64,000 nt of DNA from contig NC_043018.1 of NCBI RefSeq assembly GCF_006345805.1, forward strand, positions 25,792,001 to 25,856,000. The letters are read 5' to 3'. This DNA comes from Octopus sinensis (Eukaryota). Under the pieces are notes generated by a model. The model was not told the origin of the DNA. It made no database searches and saw nothing but the letters and a program-made list of their open reading frames with translations. The translations under genes and the position numbers were made by a program. Of the stretch, positions 52,230 to 64,000 are shown in pieces. Numbering within the stretch: position 1 is the stretch's first letter; each line of letters starts with the position of its first letter.

Positions 52230-52430
52230 AAGGGGGCGAGCTGGCACAATTGTTAGCACGCCGGTCGAAATGCTTAGCGGTGCTACGTCCGTCTCTACGG
52301 TCTGAGTTCAAATGGTCGACTTTGCCTTTTATCTTTTCAGGGTCGATAAAATAAGTACCAGTTCAGAACTGCGGCCGATATAAACGATTTACCCTTCCCC
52401 TGACCTTACTGGCCTTTTGCTAAAATTTGA
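52230..52430 (+). mobile_element. SINE family B
   Basis: ggggcgagctggcac..ctgagttcaaat..ggtcgataaaataagtaccagtt. Confidence 0.75.
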
Positions 52431-53153
52431 AAGCATCACTCTACATTCAATATTGAGTACTCAGTTTGACTAACACGCTAGCCCGCAGTGGGCATTAATG
52501 GTCTGCCTATTTGCCTAATCATCATTGATGATGAGTGTTGCAAACGCCAGAGATTTGACAAGAATATTGCATTCATTGATGTTACGAATAAGGCCAGGAC
52601 CAAAGAATACGTCAGCTCCATTATGAGTGTACGAGTGTGTGTGCGTGTGCATGGTGGTATTGTGTGTGTGCGTGTGTATAGGGTGTGCTGGAAGGTAAAC
52701 TAGCATTAGTGTGGATGTGTACGTTTCACTTTAGTGCATATGTCTGGGTGCGTCGTTGCTGTTTATACACGTGTATCTGTGTGTGTTTGTGTGTGTGTGT
52801 TCATGAACGCGTGTGTGTACATCCTTGCTGTTTATGCGTGTGTATCTGTATGTGTGCGTGCGTGTTTCTGTGTGTGTATGTATAAGTGTGTGTGTGTGTG
52901 TGTGCAAGGGTGTGCTTGTAAATAAACTTGCATTCCTGTTGTTGATGTGTATGTGTCACTTTAATGCTCAAGTGTGTGTGCGTTGCTACTGTTTATATGT
53001 CTGTATCTCTGTGAGCATGTGTGTGTATTTGTGTATGTGTGTGTATGCGTGAGCGTGCGTGTAAGGGTGTGCTTCTAGATAAACTGGCATTCGTACTGTC
53101 GATGCGTACGTCACACACAGGAATGTTTGCGTTGTTATTTATACGTGTGTATC

Positions 53154-53187
<34 letters not shown>

Positions 53188-53692
53188 GTGCTTGTGTGTG
53201 TCAAGTGCAATTGATTAGTATTATAGTCAAAATTTCTTAAACATTCCAGGGATGCTCCATTTGAGGTTACTGGTTTGGCTATATGCACTATGTCACATAT
53301 ACGCATGGAATAGACACACACAGATACACGTATAAACAGGAATGAACACATACACACACACACACGCACACTTGTGCACTAAAGTTACATGTACATGTTC
53401 ACAGTACCAATGCAAATTTATCCCAAGCACACCTTTATACACACACACACAAGCAAACACACACATGCATACAGACACATGCACACACAACACACACACA
53501 CACACGTACACATGCATACACACATGCAGACGTATGCTGAGACACCAATCAATTCAGGTGTGCACAAACACCCAGAGTTGTTTTAAGTTAAACAAAAGAA
53601 CCGAGTCACGTTGTGAGTGAAACCACCAAAGAAAATATAGATATGTGCATACATACCGTTGGACAACTAGAGAAACTGGTAGACAAACAAAC

Positions 53693-53765
<73 letters not shown>

Positions 53766-54213
53766 TAGATAGATAGATAGATAGACAGGCATTGACGTAC
53801 ACAGATATGCAGTCAGACTGAGAGACAGACAGGCAGGTGACCAGGCAGGAAGGGGGCAGGTACAATGAATAAGTAAATTCTATTCTGCTTCATTTATATT
53901 CAAAACCATACATCTCATTGCAGATTTGGTAAAGTGTGATGTGATAGAATCGTTATTTAGATCTTCCTAGTCAACAGATTTGGGCCATTTATTGATGAGG
54001 TAATCTCACTAAAGATCTAATACGATAAATGTCCATTTAGATAGAGTAAATTAACGGCGATTTATTTCTGCCGTTATTTATGTCTCTGATTTATTTGTTT
54101 TATATTTCGGCGATGTGATTTATGTTGATGGCATAGAGAGATTAACAGACAGACGGACAAACTGACAAGCAGACTGACAGACAGACACGGTGACAGGAAT
54201 ATATAGATGATAT

Positions 54214-54363
<150 letters not shown>

Positions 54364-54559
54364 CATATGGTTAGATAGATAGATACAGATATATATAGAG
54401 AGAGAGATTGGAGAGGAGCTAGACAAGTAAAGATATATGTGTAATTACGTGTGCAGACATATGTATGAATAAACATGTATTTTGGGTGTGTACATTATAC
54501 ATATACATATATATCTGTTTATACTATATGTGTGTGTGTGTATGTATATGTATGTATAA

Positions 54560-54607
<48 letters not shown>

Positions 54608-55053
54608 GTATATATATAGAGAGAGAGAGGGAGAGAGAGAGAGAGAAAGAGAGAGAGTGTGTGTGTGTGTGTGAAATGTGTTGAGAGATTTACAATATAC
54701 ACACATACACGCATATGCAGGATTCGAACTGCAGATTTTCTGTTACCAACTTCCGTTCTAAATGTAAATAAGCTTTGTCACTGATAAGACTGAAGCGCTT
54801 AATTCGATGACAAAATGACTGGAATCGGCTCCACTGTAATTGGCAATAAGAATTTTAGAGTTGCAAAGGTGCAAGGTTCGAGATCTACTAAGACCTTTTC
54901 TGCTTTCCATCATCTAAGCAATATTTTTTTTTAATCCAATCTACTACAAGCTATTATTTCTGACTGAAAACCCTTCGTGATACCTTGATATGAAAGACTT
55001 TATTAACATACTTCTCCATACTTCTGCATTTGTGATATATATGTGTGTGTGTG

Positions 55054-55141
<88 letters not shown>

Positions 55142-55719
55142 GATCAAAAGGTGTATGTACGCCGCTGTATGTATATATTTATATATATCCTAAAAATGGG
55201 ATAAGAACGTAACGGACGACAATGAAAATAAAGATAGATAATACGAAGACAGACAGGGAAAACCAAGTACGGATCATTTGATCATCAGTCAAGCTACCAA
55301 TTATCATTACAGTTTCGGCCTGTTTTACTTAGATTGTTTCAAAATTGATAGGCCTCAAAAATATAAGCTGAGAGTATTAATTTTTTGGAAGAAAGCAAGT
55401 GAATGTGTACGACAAGACGAGCAAAGAAACAAAAACGAGAAAACGGGGGAAATGTTACACGATTACAAATACAAACGACAAGAGAATAACAACAGGTGTC
55501 TTTCGACTAATAGGGACAAGTTAAGTTAAGCTGGCGTCTGGAGTGAAAGCCTTGAGGCAAAAACATAAATGAAAATCAGGAGACAGTTAAATAAGGTGTT
55601 ATACAGGTGGCGGTCAGATCGAGAAAGATCATATTTGGCCGATCACCGGTCAGCTGGAAGAAACAGAAAGAGGTAGCGGGCAGAGGGATTGAAGAATAAG
55701 GGAAGGAACGTGCTTCTTT

Positions 55720-55860
55720 CAATTTGCTTCAGCCAAAACTACTCATAAGGTTTTGGTCGGCCCAAGGATATAGTAGTAGACAGTTGCCCAAGGCGCCACG
55801 CAGTGGGACTGAACCCAGGACCATGTAGTTGGTAAGCAAGTTACTTACCACTCCTGCACC
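55720..55860 (-). mobile_element. SINE family A, 5' half
   Basis: ccacgcagtgggactgaaccc..cttacc. Confidence 0.75.
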
Positions 55861-55878
55861 TATATACATACATATATA

Positions 55879-55948
<70 letters not shown>

Positions 55949-55989
55949 ATATATATATATATTATATATATATATGTATATATATATAT

Positions 55990-56020
55990 ACGTACATACA
56001 TACTTTATTTATATGTATGC

Positions 56021-56094
<74 letters not shown>

Positions 56095-56685
56095 TGGATG
56101 TATTATATATATGCACTCACACACATATAGAGTGTGTATATGCATATGCATACTGATATGCAAATATGCATTTGAGTTGTTATACATATACATAACGACA
56201 TATGTGTGTATGTACGTGCGTTTATATGTGTGCGAGTGAAAATATTTGCGTGTGTTTGTAAAAGCTATGAAGACTGTTTACGTCATGTAAAAAAAAAAGG
56301 GCCAAAAAGCAAAATGGCGATATCGTTGATTATTAATCATCGATCATTCTGAAGTAATATTATTAATTGCAGAAGAACTCTTTATATCTAACTTAAAAGA
56401 TTAACAAGATTTTTGTTCAAGGAGAAATTTGCAAAAAAAAAACTAACAATAATAATAACCATAACTGCATATATATGAATATATGTGTGTGCGCGTGTGT
56501 GTATGTGTGTGTGTGCACATGTTCTAATATCAACAACAATAACAATAATAATACCGAAGTATTCCTATGTATTGCATCATCACATATTTAGCATTTTACA
56601 TTAAGAATCATCTACACACACTTTATATATATATATATTATATATACGTACATACATACTTTATTTATATGTATGCATATATATA

Positions 56686-56716
<31 letters not shown>

Positions 56717-56771
56717 CATATGTATATATATATGTACATATGTATATATATACATATGTATATATATATGG

Positions 56772-56811
<40 letters not shown>

Positions 56812-57417
56812 TATAATATATATAATATATATGGATGTATATATATATATGCACTCACACACATATAGAGTGTGTATATGCATATGCATACTGATATGCA
56901 AATATGCATTTGAGTTGTTATACATATACATAACGACATATGTGTGTATGTACGTGCGTTTATATGTGTGCGAGTGAAAATATTTGCGTGTGTTTGTAAA
57001 AGCTATGAAGACTGTTTACGTCATGTAAAAAAAAAAGGGCCAAAAAGCAAAATGGCGATATCGTTGATTATTAATCATCGATCATTCTGAAGTAATATTA
57101 TTAATTGCAGAAGAACTCTTTATATCTAACTTAAAAGATTAACAAGATTTTTGTTCAAGGAGAAATTTGCAAAAAAAAAACTAACAATAATAATAACCAT
57201 AACTGCATATATATGAATATATGTGTGTGCGCGGTGTGTATGTGTGTGTGTGCACATGTTCTAATATCAACAACAATAACAATAATAATACCGAAGTATT
57301 CCTATGTATTGCATCATCACATATTTAGCATTTTACATTAAGAATCATCTACACACACTTTATATATATATATATATACGTACATGCATACTTTATTTAT
57401 ATGTATGCATATATATA

Positions 57418-57430
<13 letters not shown>
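55990..57430. repeat. Tandem duplication, unit about 0.65-0.73 kb, two copies plus a partial
   Basis: cgtaca..catactttatttat at 55991, 56647 and 57379. The unique cores at about 56100-56620 and 56835-57360 are near-identical. Confidence 0.92.
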
Positions 57431-57448
<18 letters not shown>

Positions 57449-57549
57449 CCCACCCACACATACGTACATTCTCAAACACTCACACATGCGCACATACATG
57501 CATAAAGAGATGTATATATGTGTGTCTATCTGTTTATATATAGATATAC

Positions 57550-57591
<42 letters not shown>

Positions 57592-58153
57592 GTATATATT
57601 TACATACGGACATACAAACACATACAAATACACACACATATGTGTGTATGTGAATGTGTGTGTATATGTGTATGTGTGTGTGCGTGTGTGTGTGTGTGTG
57701 TTTGTGTGTGTGTGATATACATGAACGCGAATAACATTCTTAATTGTTTATCTAATCTGCTAATCCATCAATCAAGGAGAATTTGACATCAGTCAAAGAC
57801 CGTAAATGATGTTTCTCATTTATGATAAAATATTTTTGCATTTTTTTTACACATATTTTGGAACCAAATTTTATTTCAAAAAACATTAAATTTCTTTTTT
57901 GTTATATTTTGTTACGTTTTCTTTTGTTTTCATTTATATTATTTGTTTTTATTTAAAATCAAAATATGAAATGCTTTGTTTTGTTGTTGTTTTTTATTTC
58001 GTGTCAGCATTTTTCGTTATATTCTTTATTCCTGCAATTTCCTTCCTTATATACAACTATCATTAGTTTCACTCTTTCAAATATTTTGAAGCGGTTTTTA
58101 ATCATCATCTCCATCACCGTCCTCCTTCTTCTTCTCCTCCTCCTCCTCCTCCC

Positions 58154-58198
<45 letters not shown>

Positions 58199-59289
58199 TT
58201 CTCCTTTCCCTTCTCCTTATACCTTTCTTCCACTTATTTCTTTTCGTTGTAGGTGTTGTTCTGCTTCTTCTTCTCCTCATTCTTCTTGGTCATCGTCGTC
58301 GTCGTCATCGTCGTCCTCTTATCGTCCCTTTTCTTCATCTCTTTCTTCTTTCCTTCTCTTCCTTCTTGTACTTCTTTCTCTCTTTCCTGCTCTTCCACTT
58401 CCTTCTTTTACATTCTTTCCCTTCTCTTTCTTCTCCACCTCTTCATCCTGCTCCTCACTCTTCTTTATTATTCTTTTCCTTCACTTTCTTCCTATTCTTC
58501 TTTTCTTCTTTCCTTTCCTGCTTCTTCTCTTCTTCATTCTACTTGTCGTTATCACATTTGACTGCATGAAGGCCTATAACGACCAAAGGTATTTCCTCTT
58601 CCCTTTACAGGTCACAATCATTGCCCCTTCTCCTTCGTGAATATCAATCTTATCTTTCCTTTAAAACGGCCAATAGTAATTTCCATTTTCTCCTCTAACA
58701 TATCACATATGGACATTTCGTGTCACCTAACCCCTTCAATATATTTTAAGCCTTAATTCTAGGAAGAGTGACAGATTCCAAGATTGTTCGGAACGTGTAG
58801 AGAGGATTAAATCATAATTCAGAAATCATCCTCGAAACTCGGGTCAGGTCATAATGCTTGCTACAAAATGGACTTGAGTAGAAACATCCATTGACGAAAG
58901 TAAAAAGGTGACGGATTTATTATGCTACAAAAGAACAGGCACACACTCCTTCGACATATTCTCCGCAGTAATTTCTGTCTTCATCACAATTTCCTGCACA
59001 TGGCATGAGTCAAATCGAAACAACGGTGGCAAAACAAAATACCGCGCCGTGGTATCGAACCTGGAATTCTGCTTTGAATCACACAGGTGCAGAAATGGGG
59101 ATAAAAGTTGCAATTCTAAACTTAAAACAAGAAAAAACAAACAGAAGAAAAATGATAATATGAAATAATTCCTTTTTCTTGTTAGTTTTGTTTTTTAATC
59201 CTTGGAAGAGTTGATCCCGAAGCACACGTAGCTTTAAATGTTAACATATCGACGTCGTCGTAGGCGTTTTATCCGGTGTCCGATAATTT

Positions 59290-59575
59290 ATTTGATTTCT
59301 TCTTGACCACTCATTCCCCTCTGTCCGTGTTTATGCCTCTGACGACTAACGACGTCGATTCTTGCATGGAAGTGTCTGCTGCAAAGTTCACAATATATCC
59401 GTGTTGGAGGCTTTGGGTGTTGCAGCCTCCATTTTCTTTCTTGTTTCTCTTCTTCTTTCTTCTGCTCTTCAGCTTCGAAATGATTTGTCACAGTGGAGAT
59501 GGAATGATACCAGCCGGGCCTGTCCTGAGCTTCAATGTCCCTGGCGTTGGGATCGATTCCAGTCAGTTTTAACAT
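59290..59575 (-). mobile_element. RTE-clade LINE, 3' fragment
   Basis: GIDPNARDIEAQDRPGWYHSI...FE...EEKQERK...YCELCSRHFHARIDVVSRQRHKH, matching the RTE C-terminal WE..A.DR..W and CxxC..H motifs. Confidence 0.8.
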
Positions 59576-59849
59576 GTAAATATTGGTTAACACCTCCTTT
59601 GGAAAGTAAAAGTCAAAGGCTGTCTGTGGCACACGAACACCCGTCTTCGATTTTTGCTGTCCAAAGGATTTTTTCAACCCAATATAAATACGTTATTAAT
59701 GTGCTTTACGTGTTTCGATATAAACTGTTCCAAAACAAAGATTACTTAATGTGCTCTTGGAGTGTGTTAGTTCTTATGACATCAGTAACATGAACTTCTT
59801 GCTGGTAAGATTGAAGTTTCTAAAGCAGATTCAGGAAATTCGAAAGATT

Positions 59850-59916
59850 GCTTTGGTCCAGTGGTAGTATATCCGTCATGTCCACAGGAAATGGGGGTTC
59901 GATTCCGAGGAAACAC
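59850..59916 (+). pseudogene. Degenerate tRNA-like sequence (pseudo-tRNA or SINE head)
   Basis: A box tggtccagtggt and B box ggttcgattcc at tRNA spacing. Acceptor and anticodon stems pair poorly. Confidence 0.35.
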
Positions 59917-60830
59917 TTTGACTTTACTGTTTAAAGGGGTTTTAATATAATATTTACACGTTATTATTTATAGTTTTATGTACTTCGAGATTCAATCTTT
60001 CAAAAAGGAATTACTTCGTGTTCTCTCGAAAGTTTATGAATTCTTATGACGCGGATAATAACATTAATAAAAACTAACTGTAGTTCGTTTATCGTGTAAA
60101 AACAATTACTCTATTCTTATTCCGTAATTTTATACGAAACTAGCGCTCCAGCAGAAATAGTTCAAATATGTTTATATTCGTTTCAGTTTGTTTTTCATGT
60201 GAAATCGATATCTGACACGGTTACAGAGTTGTAGTCTATTGATTTCAGAAGGTTCCGATTAATGATCAAATTTGATTTATTCTTCGAATTAGTCATCGCC
60301 AAATATTCACAAACTTATTACACGAGGGAAAAGTAATACTTAGAAAATAAGGAAAGAAAAATATGCATGTTAAATGACTGTTCAACAAGCCAAATAAATT
60401 GTAGAACAAAGAAATGTAGAGACATCGAAGTGTATGCGTACATGCGTGTGTGTACACAACAAATAATGCGTGTACACACAGAAAAATAACAAAAGACTGT
60501 CTGATAAGTAAATAACTGATATCTGAACAAGCAGAAGTCAATAAACAAAATCTTCTGACTCTAAATAGCGACAGTTTGTGTTGCCAAAACAGGGCAGAGT
60601 TCAAAATAGATAAATGAAAAAACAAGCGAATGATGATGTACATAAAGTAAGCAAACGGCTGAAACAAGAACGAGTGTTTGCCATGAGCAAATAGCCAAAG
60701 TGATTGGGAGGGGGTCTCACAGACCGACAACGCGTGGGCCGACTACACGAACAACTCCGGTTACAAAACGATTTCTTTTCTATTCATAAACTAAAAGAAC
60801 ACGCCAAAATATAGCTGAATACTTTTATTG

Positions 60831-61117
60831 AATGGTCATATGATGTGCAGAACTGACCAATACTTTAATTGAATGATTATTTTTAACCAATCAAAATGGT
60901 CATGTTATGAGCAGAACTGACCAATACTTTAATTGAATGACTATTTTTAACCAATCAAAATGTTCATATGATGTGCAGAACTGACCAATACTTTAATTGA
61001 ATGACTATTTTTAACCAATCAATATGGTCATATGATGTGCAGAACTGACCAATACTTTAATTGAATGACTATTTTTAACCAATCAAAATGGTCACATGAT
61101 GTGCAGAACTGACCAAT
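60831..61117. repeat. 64-bp minisatellite, about 4.5 copies
   Basis: Unit aatggtcatatgatgtgcagaactgaccaatactttaattgaatgactatttttaaccaatcaa starts at 60831, 60895, 60959, 61023 and 61087. Confidence 0.95.
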
Positions 61118-61220
61118 CTGTGATGAGTCAGTTTTGTTTTGGTGGTGGTGGTGGTGGTGGTGGTGGTGGTGGTGGTGGTGGTGGTGGTGGTGGCGGTGGT
61201 GGTGGTGGTGGTGTTGGTGG

Positions 61221-61258
<38 letters not shown>

Positions 61259-62519
61259 AACATGGTCAAAAATTTGTTGGCATGAAAGGAATTAATCGAT
61301 TCCTAACCCTCGCTGGTACCTATATATTATCGATCTCGGGAGAATGAAAGACGAATTCCTCAGCATGACACTGCTTGAGCAATTGTCTTCTAAATAAATA
61401 CAACAAATACCGAAAAACATTTTGTTCGGCGCTCTAATGATTCTGCTACCCCCCCCCCTTTTTTTTATATCCCCACGAATCCAAGGCCAACAGAAGCGGA
61501 AGGGAAAAGTACAAGTTCATTAAATCCACCCAGTTATATGACATGTAATTTATTTTATCGAACCCGGAAGAATTTAAAAAAAAAAAAAACAGAAAAAGTG
61601 ATACCGATCTCGTGGGGTTTGAACCCAGAACGCAATGAGCCGGAACAAAAAAACGCAAGGCATATTTAATATCTAACGGTGTTGATGATTATAATGATTG
61701 ATTGAAGAGAATAGCGCAACGTACGCTCATGTTTAAATGCCATTGCATTTTTTCTTCCCAAGACAAAGACACACAAGCATCGAACAGTTTAACGTCTGCC
61801 ATAGTAACGAACTCTTTAAAAGTTAATGGCGACAAAATAGCGGAAAAGTTTGAAGAAAATGTCTATTTTTCTTTCTGCTTTTTTCCTTCTTTTTCTTTCT
61901 TGTTTATTCAAAATCATGTTCTTGTTCTTATTTGGTTTAAATTCCATCAGGTTTCCATTTTTAACTATTTCCCTAATGTAATATTCTTCATGCTGTTAAC
62001 GCATCAGCTTCATCTTCTAGATTTCAGCTGATATCGCTGTTTTAAAATAATATTTAGGTTTGTTTATTGCTACGTGTAGCTTCTTCTCTTATTCTGGTTT
62101 GTTTTATTTTTTTCTTTACACTTATTATTATTTTAGTTTAGCTTTAGTTTTTAACGAATCATTATCTTTAAGATGACGTTAGTTTTTTTTTTATTATTTT
62201 GTTTACAGTGAAAATATATTAAAATGGAATGATTTATTCAATTATGTTTCTATGTTTGTTATCACTTTTACGTGTTATCGCTAGCTTTTCAAATATACTT
62301 TCTGACGGTTCAAGAATCTGTTGCGGCTGTTGTTGTTGTAGTTGTTGTTTCGTCGAAGTAGTAGTTGTTGTTGTTGGTTGTTGTTTTTTTTTTTAGCAGA
62401 CACTACTAGCAAATAGATGCAGTAAATATAGGAGTCTACGAGGGAACTCTAACGCGCTTGACAAAGCAACGAAATCTGCCTCAAATCTCCTTCAATTAAC
62501 ACAATGCTTGATAATATAG

Positions 62520-63078
62520 GGGCACGGTTGGCTGTGGAGTCAGAAGTTTGCTTCCCAACCACACGGTTCTCGGTTCAGTCCCACTGCTAAGCACCTCTGA
62601 TAAGGGCCTTCTACTCCAGCCTTAGGCCAACCAAAGACCTTTGAGTCGATTTGGTAGACGGAAACTTGAAAACTGAAAGAAGCCTGCCGTATAAATATAT
62701 ATAACTTAGCGATTCGGCAAACGACCCGATAGAATATGTACGATTACACAAAAATAGAATATGCACAATTACACAAAAAACAAAAGTCAGTCCATTCGTT
62801 CGAGTAAAATTCTTCAAGGCAGTGCTCCAGTATGGCCTTAGTCTAACGGGTGAAGCAAATATAAATATATTAAACATAAATATGAATATAATTCCAGATA
62901 TATAGGCTCAGGAAATGCTGTGTGGTAAGTAGGTTGCTTACCAATCACATGGCTCCGGGTTCAGCCCCATTGCGTGGTACCTTGGGTAAATGTCTTCTAC
63001 TATAACCTCGTGCCAACCAAATCCTTGTGAGTGGATTTGGTAGACGGAAACTGAAAGAAGCCTGTCGTATATATGTAT

Positions 63079-63112
<34 letters not shown>

Positions 63113-63290
63113 ATATATATATATATATGTATGTATATGTATGTGAGTGTGTTTGTATGTGTGTATGTATGTATGTATATGTTTGTCTATGCTTGTCCCC
63201 TCACCATCGCTTGACAACTGATGTTGGTGTGTTCATGTCCCCGTAACTTAGCGGTTCGGCAAAGAGACCGATAGAATAAGTACTAAGCTG
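62520..63290 (+). mobile_element. Two SINE family A copies (about 62520-62870 and 62905-63290)
   Basis: Homology to family A. Confidence 0.8.
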
Positions 63291-63354
63291 CTATTTCTAA
63301 CTGGTCAAGTTAACGTACAGAGAGAGATAGAGAGAAAGAGAGAGAGAGGTTAAG

Positions 63355-63669
63355 GTGGTGGTGGTGGTGGGTGGTGGTGGTGGTGGTGGTGGTGGTGATG
63401 ATGTTACTGTCGTTATTATTGTTGTTGCTGATGATGAAGAGAAGGAGGAAGATGATAAGGAGGATGATGATGACATTGATGATAATGGTGACCATGGTGA
63501 CGATGATGTTCATGATGATAATGTTCCTCATATTGATGCTGATGCTGCTGATGCTGCTGATGATAATGACGGTGTAGATTATGATAATGATTGGAAGGAA
63601 GTGATTGAGGATATGGCGGAGGAGGTGGAGGAGGAGGAGGAGGAGGACGACGACGACGACGACGACGAC

Positions 63670-63734
<65 letters not shown>

Positions 63735-63817
63735 CGATGACGATGACGATGATGCTGATGATGATGATGAATGATGATGATGATGATGATGATGACGACG
63801 ATGACGATGATGATGAC

Positions 63818-63849
<32 letters not shown>

Positions 63850-63870
63850 TGGTGATGATGATGATGATGA
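63355..63870. repeat. Compound (GGT)n / degenerate (GAT)n / (GAG)n / (GAC,GAT)n tract
   Basis: Direct inspection. Confidence 0.95.
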
Positions 63871-64000
63871 TTTGAAAATATGATTTCATGAGGATTCTCA
63901 CTGTTCTTTCTAGCAGAGCAAGACACTGCGTGGAGCTTACCAAGCTGCCATATGGTCACCATCCGCCGTCGTCGTCCCTTTCGTTCTTGCCCTTGTTGTT

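Noticed and set aside
55295-55360. ggcct..aggcc GAAAC t GTA (minus) and a similar relic at 58800-58850
   Set aside because: Stem II and GAAAC are present but the CUGANGA box is too degraded to call.
57966-58640. 224-aa hydrophobic ORF
   Set aside because: It derives from CT-rich low-complexity sequence, not a membrane protein.
60831-61117. CRISPR-like array
   Set aside because: The units are contiguous with no unique spacers, there are no cas genes, and the context is eukaryotic.
61755-61865. Possible exon after a ttttttcttcccaag acceptor
   Set aside because: No convincing donor and no recognisable peptide.
63355-63774. Acidic D/E-rich ORF
   Set aside because: It is a degenerate (GAT/GAC)n repeat with no unique domain or splice support.

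Overview
This is AT-rich, microsatellite-dense eukaryotic non-coding DNA. The SINE families and repeat density suggest an octopus or related coleoid cephalopod (inference). I found no intact host protein-coding gene, and nearly all listed ORFs are microsatellite translations. The window holds three tRNA-type SINE families in many copies, two non-autonomous Helitrons, fragments of several non-LTR retrotransposons (R4/Dong-like, HERO-like, RTE, CR1/L2-group), two kb-scale tandem duplications and a 64-bp minisatellite. The main signal is a Penelope-like element (PLE) and hammerhead ribozyme (HHR) system. It includes a frameshifted RT plus GIY-YIG element at 5032-9234 bracketed by ~1.07-kb inverted repeats, each carrying an HHR, and at least one more decayed PLE. 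It also includes five short fold-back elements built from inverted pLTR-like ends, mostly in (TA)n, and a dispersed ~170-200-bp HHR family whose core reads CUGUNGA rather than CUGANGA. About a dozen well-formed or near-intact HHR motifs and several degenerate ones were found by eye. Coordinates are hand-counted and no ribozyme activity is demonstrated.
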